A stretch of 64,000 bases of DNA from a virus (taxonomy: Duplodnaviria; Caudoviricetes), in the IMG/VR virus record IMGVR_UViG_3300025387_000009; one strand, 5' to 3'. Below, piece by piece: positions 9,837 to 19,716 of this stretch; within the stretch, counting starts at the first letter, position 1, and every line of letters begins with the position of its first letter. Under the pieces are notes generated by a model. The model was not told the DNA's origin. It worked only from the letters and a program-made list of their open reading frames with translations, and searched no databases. Made by a program: the position numbers and the translations under genes.

Positions 9837-11993
9837 ATGTCAAATATTTTAACAACGCAAGCTACTAAAACTTTTCCAACAGGTGCAATAGCCTATTGGA
9901 GTTTAGGTAATGATGGTTCAGGTAATTTAAATTTAACAGATTTAACAGGCAACGGAAATACCTTAACAAACAATGGAGGTGTTACGTTAGGCACTGGACT
10001 TTTAAGCGGTTGCGCCGTTTTTAACCCAAACAATAACACTTATTTATACATATCTCCTAATAACGCTTTTAATTTTTCTGGAGATTTTTCCATCCAAGCG
10101 TGGATTAATTCGGCAGGTCAAACTAGATCATATCCTGCAATATTTTCTTCTCAGTATGGTTGGGTAACAAATAGTGTTAAGTTAGATTTTTTTTATGCAA
10201 ATAATCAAGCAATTGGTTATGAACACAATGGCACGATTGTTAACGGAATTGTTAATTCCAGCAACGCAACAGTTGGCGTATGGTATCATGCAGTTATTGT
10301 AAAACAAAACAATTTAGCAACTCTTTATATCAATAATGTAGCAGTTGCTTCACAAAACGATAATATTTTAGCTGCATTCAATAATAATAATAGTGGTACT
10401 GTTATAGGAGGAGGTGATTGGGATGGATATAATAGTTATTTTAATGGTAGTTTGTGCGAAATAGGTGTTTGGAATAGAGCATTATCCCCAAATGAAATCT
10501 CAATTCTTTACAACCGTGGCAATGCTTTTTCTTATAATAGCACTATCAGCCTACAAACTAACCCACAATTTATAACTAGTAACCCACGATTTTTAACAAA
10601 TCAATTATCTGCGGTTTCAACACAGCCATCATTATTAATGGTTATGAATAATAATTTTAATGATAGTTCAACTTATAATAATAGTATTACAATTAATACA
10701 GGAACCCCGATAATAAAATCGTTTAATGATTTATCTAATAAAACATATAGCGCAGGATATTTTAATGGTTCAAGCTCATTGGTATTAAATGATGCCAGTG
10801 AATTTAATTTAGCTAGTGTACCATCAACAATTGAAGCATGGTTTTATGCAAAATCACTATATACAAATGGGAATGCAGCGAGTACGATTATATCTAAAGA
10901 TACATATGGTTCAAATTTTTCTTGGTGTATAGCAATTTATAGTGATGCAATATTTGTGGGAACCGATAATATTAATGGTAATTGGAATTTTACAAGTACA
11001 GGTCTTAATATTACAACAAACACTTGGCATCATGTTGCATTTTGTTCTGATGGTTCTAATCAGTATATGTATCTTGATGGCAATTTGGTCGGTAGTGTTA
11101 ATTTTCCATTAACAGATGCTTCTTCAAATATATCTATTGGTTGCATGAGTTATAACAATCTTGGTAATTATTTTAATGGTTATATCCAAGATATAAGAGT
11201 TACACAAGGAACGATGATATATCATTCTAATTTCACACCATTGCCACCAATTAGTAACTTGCCGCCAATAACTAATAATGCTCAAATTATAACAACAACT
11301 GTTTCCCCTCAACTTCCCACTGGCAATATTACTCTTTTGCTAGATGCAACAAATACATCTAGCTATTCTGGTAGCGGTGGAGTATGGTATGATGTGAGCG
11401 GAAATGGTAATAATTTTAATATTAATTCTGCTGCGTTTAATTCCGGTAGCAAATATATGGACTTCAAAGGAAGTTATGGAATGGCAAAAAATTCTTCTGA
11501 CATAAATCTGTCTGGAGATGTTACGTATATTTGTGCAACCAGAATTTTAAATTCGGCAGGAGATTGGAGAACACTAACTCGTGCATATGGATCGCCTGGT
11601 AATCATCAGGTAATTGTACAATCTGGTGGATGGGATATAGGAACATACATAGGTAACGGTTCTGGTTTTAGAGATACTGGATATTCTCAACAATCTCTCC
11701 CTGGCTATGCATCTAATTCCTTTGATATAATGTGTTGGAGATGGACAGATGGTGATAATCCTACATATAATTTAAATGTTAATGGTGTAAATGTAGGATC
11801 TATAACAGATTCTGTTGCTAGGTATGTAATAGGATTTGGTTCTATTGGCGGATATCACAATGGAAACACAGACCCTAATAGCGGATCTCAATATTGGGGA
11901 GATATAAAATATTTTATAGTTTACAACAGAAGACTAACGGATGTAGAGGTACGATTTGCTTATTCTTATTTAAAATCTTATTTAGGAATCTAA
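9837..11993 (+). CDS. Triple LamG/concanavalin A-like lectin-domain virion protein
   Basis: 718 aa. Three jelly-roll signatures: AYWSLG...WYHAVIV...FNGSLCEIGVWNRALS; TIEAWFY...WHHVAFC...FNGYIQDIRVT; LLLDATN...VWYDVSGN...FIVYNRRLT. Confidence 0.8.
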   Translation: MSNILTTQATKTFPTGAIAYWSLGNDGSGNLNLTDLTGNGNTLTNNGGVTLGTGLLSGCAVFNPNNNTYLYISPNNAFNFSGDFSIQAWINSAGQTRSYPAIFSSQYGWVTNSVKLDFFYANNQAIGYEHNGTIVNGIVNSSNATVGVWYHAVIVKQNNLATLYINNVAVASQNDNILAAFNNNNSGTVIGGGDWDGYNSYFNGSLCEIGVWNRALSPNEISILYNRGNAFSYNSTISLQTNPQFITSNPRFLTNQLSAVSTQPSLLMVMNNNFNDSSTYNNSITINTGTPIIKSFNDLSNKTYSAGYFNGSSSLVLNDASEFNLASVPSTIEAWFYAKSLYTNGNAASTIISKDTYGSNFSWCIAIYSDAIFVGTDNINGNWNFTSTGLNITTNTWHHVAFCSDGSNQYMYLDGNLVGSVNFPLTDASSNISIGCMSYNNLGNYFNGYIQDIRVTQGTMIYHSNFTPLPPISNLPPITNNAQIITTTVSPQLPTGNITLLLDATNTSSYSGSGGVWYDVSGNGNNFNINSAAFNSGSKYMDFKGSYGMAKNSSDINLSGDVTYICATRILNSAGDWRTLTRAYGSPGNHQVIVQSGGWDIGTYIGNGSGFRDTGYSQQSLPGYASNSFDIMCWRWTDGDNPTYNLNVNGVNVGSITDSVARYVIGFGSIGGYHNGNTDPNSGSQYWGDIKYFIVYNRRLTDVEVRFAYSYLKSYLGI

Positions 11994-11998
11994 ATTAA

Positions 11999-12823
11999 TT
12001 ATTTGGTATATCCAAATCCTTGCTGATACCAAGCGAGATTATTATCGATCCAATCACAAACTTGTTTACCTAAAATATTGTTATAATCAGGTGTTAAAGG
12101 TTGAACTTTTCTTCTAATAGTATGAAGATCATTTGAAAACCCATAAACCGAATCGTCTTCCTTTACGGTTTGTTCTACGTTGTCAAAATCATGTTTATGT
12201 GAATTTAATCCAAGATATTCGTATGCTTTATCCATTTCCTTTTGGGGATATGAGGTTAAATCTTCTGCTCTTATATAAAGAACCTCTTTGTTAATTCCTT
12301 CTAAAAAGGTTTGTTGCAATCTTTCAAGAGCTAATCCAACAGGAGGAGCAGCAAGCCAAGAATCTATTCTCTTTGCCGTGGATGTGCCTTTCATTTCCGA
12401 ATGATTCTGGATAGCCTGATGATATTCTTGACCATTCCTATAAAGTTTTTCCATCGATGCAAAAATACTCTTTAGATTTCTGACCATACAAATCATTTTA
12501 GGCTTATATGGCATAAAAGACTCAAACCATTTATAGTGAATAGTTCCACCACGAGTCTTAATACAGATATTTGGTTTATCGGTGTAAGAATTTGCATAAC
12601 CTTCTAATCCACCCCAACAGAAACCTCTCCATGTTTGCTGAGCCAATGCCTTATCTATTGCCTTAACTTCGGGTGTATTAGTGTAGTTCATTCTAGCACC
12701 ATACAAATATTCTAATACTGGATCAGTTGGAGTTGCGTGGATCTCAGGATGTTGATTTAAAATACACTGAAATAGTGTACTCATGCTGCGAGGCATTGAT
12801 GAATTAAAGAATATGTTTTTCAT
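11999..12823 (-). CDS. Sulfotransferase (P-loop sulfotransferase family)
   Basis: FFNSSMPRSMSTLFQCILNQHP (cf. PRSGST), ICMVRNLKSIFAS, IRAEDLTSYP...AYEYLGL. Confidence 0.8.
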   Translation of the reverse strand: MKNIFFNSSMPRSMSTLFQCILNQHPEIHATPTDPVLEYLYGARMNYTNTPEVKAIDKALAQQTWRGFCWGGLEGYANSYTDKPNICIKTRGGTIHYKWFESFMPYKPKMICMVRNLKSIFASMEKLYRNGQEYHQAIQNHSEMKGTSTAKRIDSWLAAPPVGLALERLQQTFLEGINKEVLYIRAEDLTSYPQKEMDKAYEYLGLNSHKHDFDNVEQTVKEDDSVYGFSNDLHTIRRKVQPLTPDYNNILGKQVCDWIDNNLAWYQQGFGYTK

Positions 12824-13761
12824 TAGTTAAATTTAATAGTTGGCTGATCAACAATATCAAAGGTTAATTCATTTTTGGAGCCTAAAATCGATTCAATGAA
12901 CTGATCTTTGTCAAAAAGATTAGCCAAATTATCATAAGGACATTCATGGAACCTTCCACCCGTCCAATCATCCTCTTCAAGATATGAATCAATACGATGA
13001 CGGAACGATTCTGCTCCGTTTGCTACGATATTGTCATGGATTTCATGTCCAAAAACAACAGGAGAGTTGGAAATCCAACCAACTGTTGCTTTTTTACCAA
13101 ATGCAGCAGCTGCATGCTGAGCAAATGAATCAATTCCAAGAATTTTATCAGAAAGTGCGACATAACAGAACAAATTCCTGAAATTATCACTTACAAAAAT
13201 AGTTCCATCAAGTGGTGGTTGATTTTCTCTTCTAACATGAAGAATTTTACTGAATTTATCACTAACGGAATTAACAAGTTCCTGTGCAAAAGCAGGAGGA
13301 AGGTCTCTTGACCATGAATACGGATGACCTTGCTGTTCAGCACCACCCGAAGACTGAATTAGGAGAACAGGTCCGTCCTTTTGAAGTTGCTTTTGAGCAA
13401 ATAAAAGCTCTCTTTCCGTTAAGAATATCTCTGGTTTCTTATCGATGCATGGAATATTAAAAACATCACACCAAATTTCGGTTAATGACTTTCTACGATA
13501 TAATAAATCACCAGAATGATAAGGTTCGGAGCGTAAAATTACTGAATCCGTACCATTAATGTAATCATCGTAGAAATAAGGAATATTACCAAACTTATAA
13601 ACTCTATAAATACTGGGATTGTGTACGAAAACTTCGGGCCATGCCGTAACAACAATTAACTTACGATCAGGGTAAGCTGCCTTGATTGATTTAACGACAG
13701 AAGTTGCAACAATGTTTTTACCACAACCACCGTCAATGTGAAAGATAACATATTTGTCCAT
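12823..13761 (-). CDS. Glycosyltransferase, GT9/heptosyltransferase-like (GT-B fold)
   Basis: HIDGGCGKNIVATSVVKSIKAAYPDRKLIVVT and LGIDSFAQHAAAAFGKKATVGW; TAATG stop/start overlap with the downstream sulfotransferase. Confidence 0.75.
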   Translation of the reverse strand: MDKYVIFHIDGGCGKNIVATSVVKSIKAAYPDRKLIVVTAWPEVFVHNPSIYRVYKFGNIPYFYDDYINGTDSVILRSEPYHSGDLLYRRKSLTEIWCDVFNIPCIDKKPEIFLTERELLFAQKQLQKDGPVLLIQSSGGAEQQGHPYSWSRDLPPAFAQELVNSVSDKFSKILHVRRENQPPLDGTIFVSDNFRNLFCYVALSDKILGIDSFAQHAAAAFGKKATVGWISNSPVVFGHEIHDNIVANGAESFRHRIDSYLEEDDWTGGRFHECPYDNLANLFDKDQFIESILGSKNELTFDIVDQPTIKFN

Positions 13762-13795
13762 ATGTCAAATTTATCATAATGTAAAATTAAATCAA
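13762..13795 (-). promoter_or_regulatory. Sigma70-like promoter for the GT9/sulfotransferase operon
   Basis: Minus strand TTGATT-N16-TAAATT (with upstream TGn), then 6 nt to ATG. Confidence 0.4.
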
Positions 13796-13833
13796 GTATC
13801 TTGATAAGTATAATATTACACTAAATAATTCAA

Positions 13834-15696
13834 ATGCCTGACGTATTACCTACACCGAATAGACAGCCAGATAACGGTAGAAATTTCATATCAAATATTC
13901 TTTCTAGATTGCCTTATATCCAAGACGCAGTGGATGCTGATATTGGAAATCCAAGATATGAACTTTTCGACCGCTTATCAAAAAGACATGAATATCGTGT
14001 CATGCAGCAGTCCGTTATTACCGGTCCCGCAATGCGCCAGAATACGGATCAGTACGGACCTGGCTCCTTTACCTCTGATCACGCATATCACAAATACATT
14101 TATGCCAGTGTTGACGTTGATAAAATCAGAAGAATTGCAGAGTATCGCAGAATGGGATCTTATGCAGAAATCGCAGACTGTTTAGATGAAATTTGTGATG
14201 AATTTCTAAATAAGGATGATGAGGATAAATTTTTAAGAATTGGATTTTCAACATTTGGTAAATTAGACTCAAATGAGAGAAGTGAAATTGAAAAAGAGTT
14301 TTACAAATTCATTCAAGTTTTTGACTTGGAGCACAAAGGTTGGGGATATTGTAGACAGCTTTTAATCGAAGGTGAAATTTTCTTTGAAAACGTTGTTCAC
14401 GAAAGAAAAAGAGAATTAGGTATTATTGGTGTGTTGAATATACCAGGTGAATTGATCAATCCAGTTTACGATAATGTTCAAAATAACGTAATTGAAAACT
14501 TCATTTTCCAAAAACCAATTAGCTTACAACAACACGCAAGTAGTCCAAATAGCCCATCTGCTCCACCTTCATCACAGAATAATTCCAATTCCTTGCAACA
14601 ACAATTAATCACATTCCAAGGAAATCAGATTACCTATATTAATTCTGGCATGTGGAATGAAGACATGTCAATTAAGGTTCCGTTCCTTGAAAATGCTCGT
14701 CGTTCATATAAGCAGGTTTCATTACTTGAAGATGCGGTAGTCATTTATCGAATGGTTCGTGCACCAGAACGTCTTAAATTTAAAATTGATGTTGGTAATA
14801 TGCCACCCGCTAAAGCAGAGGCATATTTAAAACAACTCATGCAAGCATATTGGTCTAAAAAGACATATGATGCGCAATCTGGAAAGGGTGCTGGTAACAT
14901 TTACGATCCACAATCTATGTTGGATGCTTTTTGGTTTGCAAAGCGTCAAGGTGAAGCAGGAAGTGATGTAGAACTTATGCAAGGTGGAGCAAATCTTGGT
15001 AAGATTGAAGATTTGACCTATTTTGTCAATAAACTTTATAAGAGCCTCAAGGTTCCTTTAACTCGTATGAACCCAGACGAGGGATATAAAGATGGTGCAG
15101 AAATTTTAAGAGAAGAATTACGTTTTGCAAAATTTGTTGTTCGTATTCAAAATCAATTTGCAACAGGTCTTAAAGAAACATTCATTACTCATTTAAAACT
15201 CCGTGGATGGTGGAAAGAATACGGAATGCATGAATCGTATTTCGATATTCACTTTAATCCTCCTTCCAATTATTTTGCAATTAGAAAGAATCAAGAATTT
15301 GAATTAAAGTATAATAATTTCAATAACATGTCTCAGAATGAATCAATTTCTAAGACATTTGCCCAGCGTCACTATCTCGGATTAAACGATGCCAAGATTT
15401 CCGAAAACATGGAATGGCTCAGAAAGGATGCAGCACTCAAATGGGAGTTGGATCAGATTGCTCAGACCGGACCCAACTGGCGTGAACACATTCAAGCGGC
15501 AGAGCAAGCCGCTGGTGCACTTGGAGCAGGTGGCGCAGCCGCACCAGCAGCGGGTGGAGGCGGTGGAGCACCAACGGCAGCTGAAATCCCAGAATTCGGT
15601 GGTGGTGCTACAGCAGAAACGACACAAGCACCGGAAGCAGCTACAACGGAAGTTCCTGAAGCTGGCGCAGAAGCTACGGAAACACCAGCAGCATAA
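13834..15696 (+). CDS. gp20: T4-like portal vertex protein
   Basis: LEDAVVIYRMVRAPERLKFKIDVGNMPPAKAEAYL, SMLDAFWFAKRQG, EILREELRFAKFV. Confidence 0.95.
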   Translation: MPDVLPTPNRQPDNGRNFISNILSRLPYIQDAVDADIGNPRYELFDRLSKRHEYRVMQQSVITGPAMRQNTDQYGPGSFTSDHAYHKYIYASVDVDKIRRIAEYRRMGSYAEIADCLDEICDEFLNKDDEDKFLRIGFSTFGKLDSNERSEIEKEFYKFIQVFDLEHKGWGYCRQLLIEGEIFFENVVHERKRELGIIGVLNIPGELINPVYDNVQNNVIENFIFQKPISLQQHASSPNSPSAPPSSQNNSNSLQQQLITFQGNQITYINSGMWNEDMSIKVPFLENARRSYKQVSLLEDAVVIYRMVRAPERLKFKIDVGNMPPAKAEAYLKQLMQAYWSKKTYDAQSGKGAGNIYDPQSMLDAFWFAKRQGEAGSDVELMQGGANLGKIEDLTYFVNKLYKSLKVPLTRMNPDEGYKDGAEILREELRFAKFVVRIQNQFATGLKETFITHLKLRGWWKEYGMHESYFDIHFNPPSNYFAIRKNQEFELKYNNFNNMSQNESISKTFAQRHYLGLNDAKISENMEWLRKDAALKWELDQIAQTGPNWREHIQAAEQAAGALGAGGAAAPAAGGGGGAPTAAEIPEFGGGATAETTQAPEAATTEVPEAGAEATETPAA

Positions 15697-15699
15697 TGT

Positions 15700-16167
15700 A
15701 TGGATCATTTCATAATAAATGCCAGACCACAACCATTTAATGTAGAGCCTTATGCATTTACACTACATCCATATGCATCTAGTATTCCCCCGATATTATT
15801 AATAGGTAGATCATTTATTAATGTATCAAATGTGTATTTGAGTTCTGTAGACGCAAATATGTTTTCGCTTAGTACAGAATATATAAATCCATTTTATAAT
15901 ATTAAAAATCTTTCAGCTAATAATATAGGATTTAGTGGTGTTGATGTAACGCAATATGCTGATTTTATATCGGGACAATATATAAATTTAAATTTGCCTG
16001 ATATTTTTCATGATTCAGGGTATTTTGATGTTATTGTCCAAAATGAAGCAGGATTCGGTATATTAACTCAAGACAGTATAGTTCCATTTGTGAGTTCATG
16101 GAAGGGTGCTATAAACATACAAAAACCTTGTGTTTCAGGAATTAAAGTAAATGTTAATATAAATTAA
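15700..16167 (+). CDS. Hypothetical protein, possible Ig/IPT-like structural protein
   Basis: 155 aa. LIGRSFINVSNVYLS...GYFDVIVQNEAGFG resembles IPT/TIG strands. Confidence 0.55.
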   Translation: MDHFIINARPQPFNVEPYAFTLHPYASSIPPILLIGRSFINVSNVYLSSVDANMFSLSTEYINPFYNIKNLSANNIGFSGVDVTQYADFISGQYINLNLPDIFHDSGYFDVIVQNEAGFGILTQDSIVPFVSSWKGAINIQKPCVSGIKVNVNIN

Positions 16168-16180
16168 TAAGTAATAATAT

Positions 16181-16417
16181 ATGGATATCATAATTCAAAC
16201 AACCCAAACCATAAAATTAGCAGATCCAATTGTAATAGAATTCGTAAGAGATTTATTTGTAGAGAAAAAAATCGTTGCAAAAATTAAAGGGTTACCTAAA
16301 CAAATTGTTCTTTGGGATGGTGATGAGCAATATGCCGCAGCTGGCAATTGGACAAACGATACCGCAATATCACAAGCATTAGTCGTTCTAGCTCTTTCCT
16401 CGATTCCTTGGATTTAA
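16181..16417 (+). CDS. Small hypothetical protein
   Basis: 78 aa, preceded by TAAGTA; contains IVLWDGDEQYAAAGNWT. Confidence 0.6.
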   Translation: MDIIIQTTQTIKLADPIVIEFVRDLFVEKKIVAKIKGLPKQIVLWDGDEQYAAAGNWTNDTAISQALVVLALSSIPWI

Positions 16418-16444
16418 TAAAATTATTTAGGTAAGTATTCATTA

Positions 16445-17230
16445 ATGAAGAACTATACCTTTAATTGGGAAGTCCAGACTCTTATTGAACAATTTTGTCA
16501 GGCTTTCAATGATGTTATCATTAAACGTTATGATAACACAGAAACTTTGGTTGCTCCAACAAGTGGCGACAAAGTTTTGTTTGTATATTCACCAAAACAA
16601 AGAGTATTCAGTAATTTAAATAGCCCAGCGGCTGGTGGCTTAACGGTTCCTGTTATTGCTATAAATCTTTCTTCTATTTCCAGAGATCAAAGTAGAGTTG
16701 TTAATAAGATTGATGGATTTAAAGTTGAATACGATTCAACTGACGGAAGTGGTGAATATATATTACCAGTTTTACAACCTGTTCCTGTAAACATAGCAGT
16801 TGAGATGACAATTATAACACGTTATCAATCTGATATGGATCAAATTTTAACAAACTTTATTCCTTATTGCGATCCATATATTGTAGTTTCTTGGAAGTTA
16901 CCAAATCTTAAAAATTCATCTATTCCATATGAAATAAGAAGTGAAGTTTTATGGAGTGGTAATGTGAACTTACAATACCCAAACGACCTTACTGGCACTC
17001 AACCATATAGAATTTCTGCTACAACTTCATTTACTATCAAAGGATGGATGTTTAAAGCCTTTAATAATGTTATTAATAAAATTTATACGATTGATTCTAA
17101 ATTTTTAACTATGGGTTCCGATGGAACAGCGGAAGCAGATACGCCAGTTCCACCTGCATCCATATTACAAGATTTTTCTGATTTTTATTCTGATTATATT
17201 TCTCCGAATATTATCAATACAATACCATAA
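16445..17230 (+). CDS. gp15: Tail sheath stabilizer/tail terminator
   Basis: FNDVIIKRYD...VYSPKQRVF...PVPVNIAVEMTIITRYQSDMDQILTNFIPY matches the T4-like gp15 pattern. Confidence 0.85.
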   Translation: MKNYTFNWEVQTLIEQFCQAFNDVIIKRYDNTETLVAPTSGDKVLFVYSPKQRVFSNLNSPAAGGLTVPVIAINLSSISRDQSRVVNKIDGFKVEYDSTDGSGEYILPVLQPVPVNIAVEMTIITRYQSDMDQILTNFIPYCDPYIVVSWKLPNLKNSSIPYEIRSEVLWSGNVNLQYPNDLTGTQPYRISATTSFTIKGWMFKAFNNVINKIYTIDSKFLTMGSDGTAEADTPVPPASILQDFSDFYSDYISPNIINTIP

Positions 17231-17239
17231 GTATTCAAA

Positions 17240-18202
17240 ATGGCTAATTCAGTACTACCAAACAGATTCCACGGATCAATGACCTTTTCACCAAAGGTTA
17301 CCACCTATGATTTATTAGCGCAAAGAATCAGAAGGGGATTAGGCGAACCGCTAATTCAAATCGAATTATCAAGTGAGCAAATCTATGAGAATATTGATAT
17401 TGCATGTGAATGGTTTACAAAGTTTTCTGGTACAACAGAAGAATATCTAATTTTTAGATCAGATTTATATACCCAAGGCGTAGGCTTACATATCGATAGG
17501 TTAATTAACATAACACCTGATATGTATAATTCTACAACCTTTAATCCACCAGCTAGTACAACAGGTTCAGGTTATTATGGTGGTACTGCTTCACAATATT
17601 ACGGAACAACATTTACTCCGCCGCCTAGTGCATTCCCAGGTTCTATGGGTTGGGATTATGACATGAATCAATATAGAAAAGTTATTGATGTTTTTTCATA
17701 CGAAGAGGGAAATAATTCTGGTGTTAATACACTTTTCACAATTGAAAATACAATTGCTCAACAAGCATACTTTGGTCAACTTCTTGGTAATGTAGGATAT
17801 GATTTAGTTACTTGGCAAGCACTTAAATCTTGGATTGATACAAGAGAAAAAGTCCTCGCTCTTAAACCTTATCTTAGATTTTATCCTGAGACTCAAATTT
17901 TAAAAATTATACCTGAACCAAATCCATTCTTATCCGCTTATTTTGGGTTGATTGGTTGCAGAGTACAAAAAGCAATTAAAGATATCGTAAGCCAATTATG
18001 GGTTTATAGATACACGATGGCTCTTTGCAAAATTACTATGGGTCACACCAGAGGTAAATACGCTGGAACAAATTTATTCGGAAACCAAACCGTAAACTAT
18101 CAAGATATTCTCCGTCAAGGCGAAGCAGAAAAAGCAGAATTGGAAAAGGAAATCATGACCGATATGGTTGATAGAGATCCTATTTCGTTCTATCTTGGAT
18201 AA
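17240..18202 (+). CDS. gp13: Neck/head-tail adaptor protein
   Basis: RIRRGLGEPLIQIELSSEQIYENIDIACEWF and WVYRYTMALCK...GKYAG...GEAEKAELEKEI...PISFYLG. Confidence 0.85.
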   Translation: MANSVLPNRFHGSMTFSPKVTTYDLLAQRIRRGLGEPLIQIELSSEQIYENIDIACEWFTKFSGTTEEYLIFRSDLYTQGVGLHIDRLINITPDMYNSTTFNPPASTTGSGYYGGTASQYYGTTFTPPPSAFPGSMGWDYDMNQYRKVIDVFSYEEGNNSGVNTLFTIENTIAQQAYFGQLLGNVGYDLVTWQALKSWIDTREKVLALKPYLRFYPETQILKIIPEPNPFLSAYFGLIGCRVQKAIKDIVSQLWVYRYTMALCKITMGHTRGKYAGTNLFGNQTVNYQDILRQGEAEKAELEKEIMTDMVDRDPISFYLG

Positions 18203-18216
18203 TCTTATTGATTATC

Positions 18217-18259
18217 TTTGTGGCAATAAATGAACTAACAATTCATTTATTATCACAAA
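18217..18259. promoter_or_regulatory. Long AT-rich inverted repeat between gp13 and gp4
   Basis: tttgtg-gc-aataaatgaa [ctaacaa] ttcatttatt-at-cacaaa: 10-bp perfect inner stem plus 6-bp outer stem. Confidence 0.6.
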
Positions 18260-18270
18260 AATAAACAACT

Positions 18271-18717
18271 ATGAAAAAAAACCGCAACTACACACAGGGA
18301 ATTTATCAACCGCTAAATCCCGAAAAATACAAAGGAAGTATTCCTATAATATATAGATCAAAACTAGAACTTATTAGTTTTAGATATCTGGATAAAAATC
18401 CTAATATATTAACATGGGGAAGCGAATCCGTTATAATCCCATATCAATCACCAAAAGACGGCAAAGTACATAGATACTTTGTTGATTTGGTTGCCTCATT
18501 AAAAGATAGCACTGGCAAGATGCAGAAACTTTTAATTGAAGTTAAACCCGAAAAACAAACGAAACCACCTACGATTACATCGAAGAAAAAGCAATCTACT
18601 ATGCTTTATGAAAAAGTTACATGGGCAGTAAATCAAGCAAAATGGGATGCGGCTCGTCAATGGTGTAAAAAAAATGGATATACTTTTTTAATTCTTAATG
18701 AAAAACATCTTAACTAG
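18271..18717 (+). CDS. gp4: Head completion nuclease (TnsA-like PD-(D/E)xK)
   Basis: YRSKLEL...WGSESVIIPY.SP.DGKVHRYFVD...LIEVKP...VNQAKWDAA. Confidence 0.9.
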   Translation: MKKNRNYTQGIYQPLNPEKYKGSIPIIYRSKLELISFRYLDKNPNILTWGSESVIIPYQSPKDGKVHRYFVDLVASLKDSTGKMQKLLIEVKPEKQTKPPTITSKKKQSTMLYEKVTWAVNQAKWDAARQWCKKNGYTFLILNEKHLN

Positions 18718-18725
18718 TATAAATA
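18718..18725 (+). promoter_or_regulatory. T4-type late promoter TATAAATA upstream of gp21
   Basis: Exact TATAAATA; a second TAAGTA at 18732-18737 lies 8 nt before the ATG. Confidence 0.55.
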
Positions 18726-18745
18726 GAAGACTAAGTAATTAATAT

Positions 18746-19414
18746 ATGAGTAACGTTTATAATCTTTTGGTCGAGCAACCTACCTACGAATTAAAGTATT
18801 TGGTTGAAGAACAAAATCGTAATTCGCCTTCAAACATGTACATTAAAGGACCATTCTTAATGGCTAATGAAGCAAATCGCAATAAGCGTGTTTATCCATT
18901 AGAAGAAATGGTTCGTGAAGTTGCTCGTTATGATAAGGAAATGATTAAGGGTAATCGTGCAACGGGTGAACTTAATCACCCAACATCACCAGAAATTAAT
19001 TTAGAAAGAGCTTGCCATATCGTCACCGAATTAAAACAAGATGGCAATATTTTTGAAGGTAAATCAAAGATCCTTTCAACTCCTGTTGGACAAGTTGTTC
19101 GTTCGTTAATTTTAGATGGCGTTAAACTTGGTGTATCTTCTCGTGCTCTTGGTCGTGTCGATCAAGAAAACGGAATTGGCAAAGTTTCAGATTTTCGTTT
19201 AGTAGCAATTGACGTTGTTGCTGATCCATCAGTTCCTACAGCCTTTGTTAATGGTATTTTAGAATCCAAGCAATGGGTATTAAAAGACAATGGAGAGCTT
19301 GAAGCACTTTATGACAATTTCCAAAAAAATATTTCAACTCTTCCATTGAAAAATAAAGATGCTTATTTACGTGAACAATTTGTTTCATTTATTAATGCAT
19401 TAAAAAGCTATTAA
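18746..19414 (+). CDS. gp21: Prohead core protease
   Basis: NRNKRVYP, GELNHP, GVSSRALG, DVVADPS..AFVNGILE. Confidence 0.95.
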   Translation: MSNVYNLLVEQPTYELKYLVEEQNRNSPSNMYIKGPFLMANEANRNKRVYPLEEMVREVARYDKEMIKGNRATGELNHPTSPEINLERACHIVTELKQDGNIFEGKSKILSTPVGQVVRSLILDGVKLGVSSRALGRVDQENGIGKVSDFRLVAIDVVADPSVPTAFVNGILESKQWVLKDNGELEALYDNFQKNISTLPLKNKDAYLREQFVSFINALKSY

Positions 19415-19447
19415 TTGCAACAATCGAGAGTAAGTAATAATACACAT

Positions 19448-19687
19448 ATGGAAATTCGCAAATTAATTTCAAAATTCATCACACAACTTTGTGAAAAGAA
19501 TTACGCACAAGCCAACGCAACGCTTCAACAGGTAGTTGAAAAAAAGACCGTCGAAAAAGTTAAGAAGACTGCTTCTTCACAAAAGGTAAAAGGATGGTCA
19601 GGCGAAAAATCAGCTTTCGGCAAAAAGGGTGCAAAAGGAAAATTTCCTAAAACAAAAAAGTCTGAAAAAAAAGTCAGCAAAATGTAA
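19448..19687 (+). CDS. Small Lys-rich prohead core/internal protein (start moved to ATG 19448)
   Basis: 79 aa between gp21 and gp22, with a strongly basic C-terminal half; TAAGTA 11 nt upstream of the ATG. Confidence 0.6.
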   Translation: MEIRKLISKFITQLCEKNYAQANATLQQVVEKKTVEKVKKTASSQKVKGWSGEKSAFGKKGAKGKFPKTKKSEKKVSKM

Positions 19688-19716
19688 TTATCAAGGGATA
19701 AGTTATTATACATAAT

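Noticed and set aside
12770-12810. PRSMST instead of PRSGST as a sign of an inactive sulfotransferase or pseudogene
   Set aside because: The ORF is intact, the Arg and Ser/Thr phosphate ligands and downstream motifs are retained; a single substitution cannot be interpreted without an alignment
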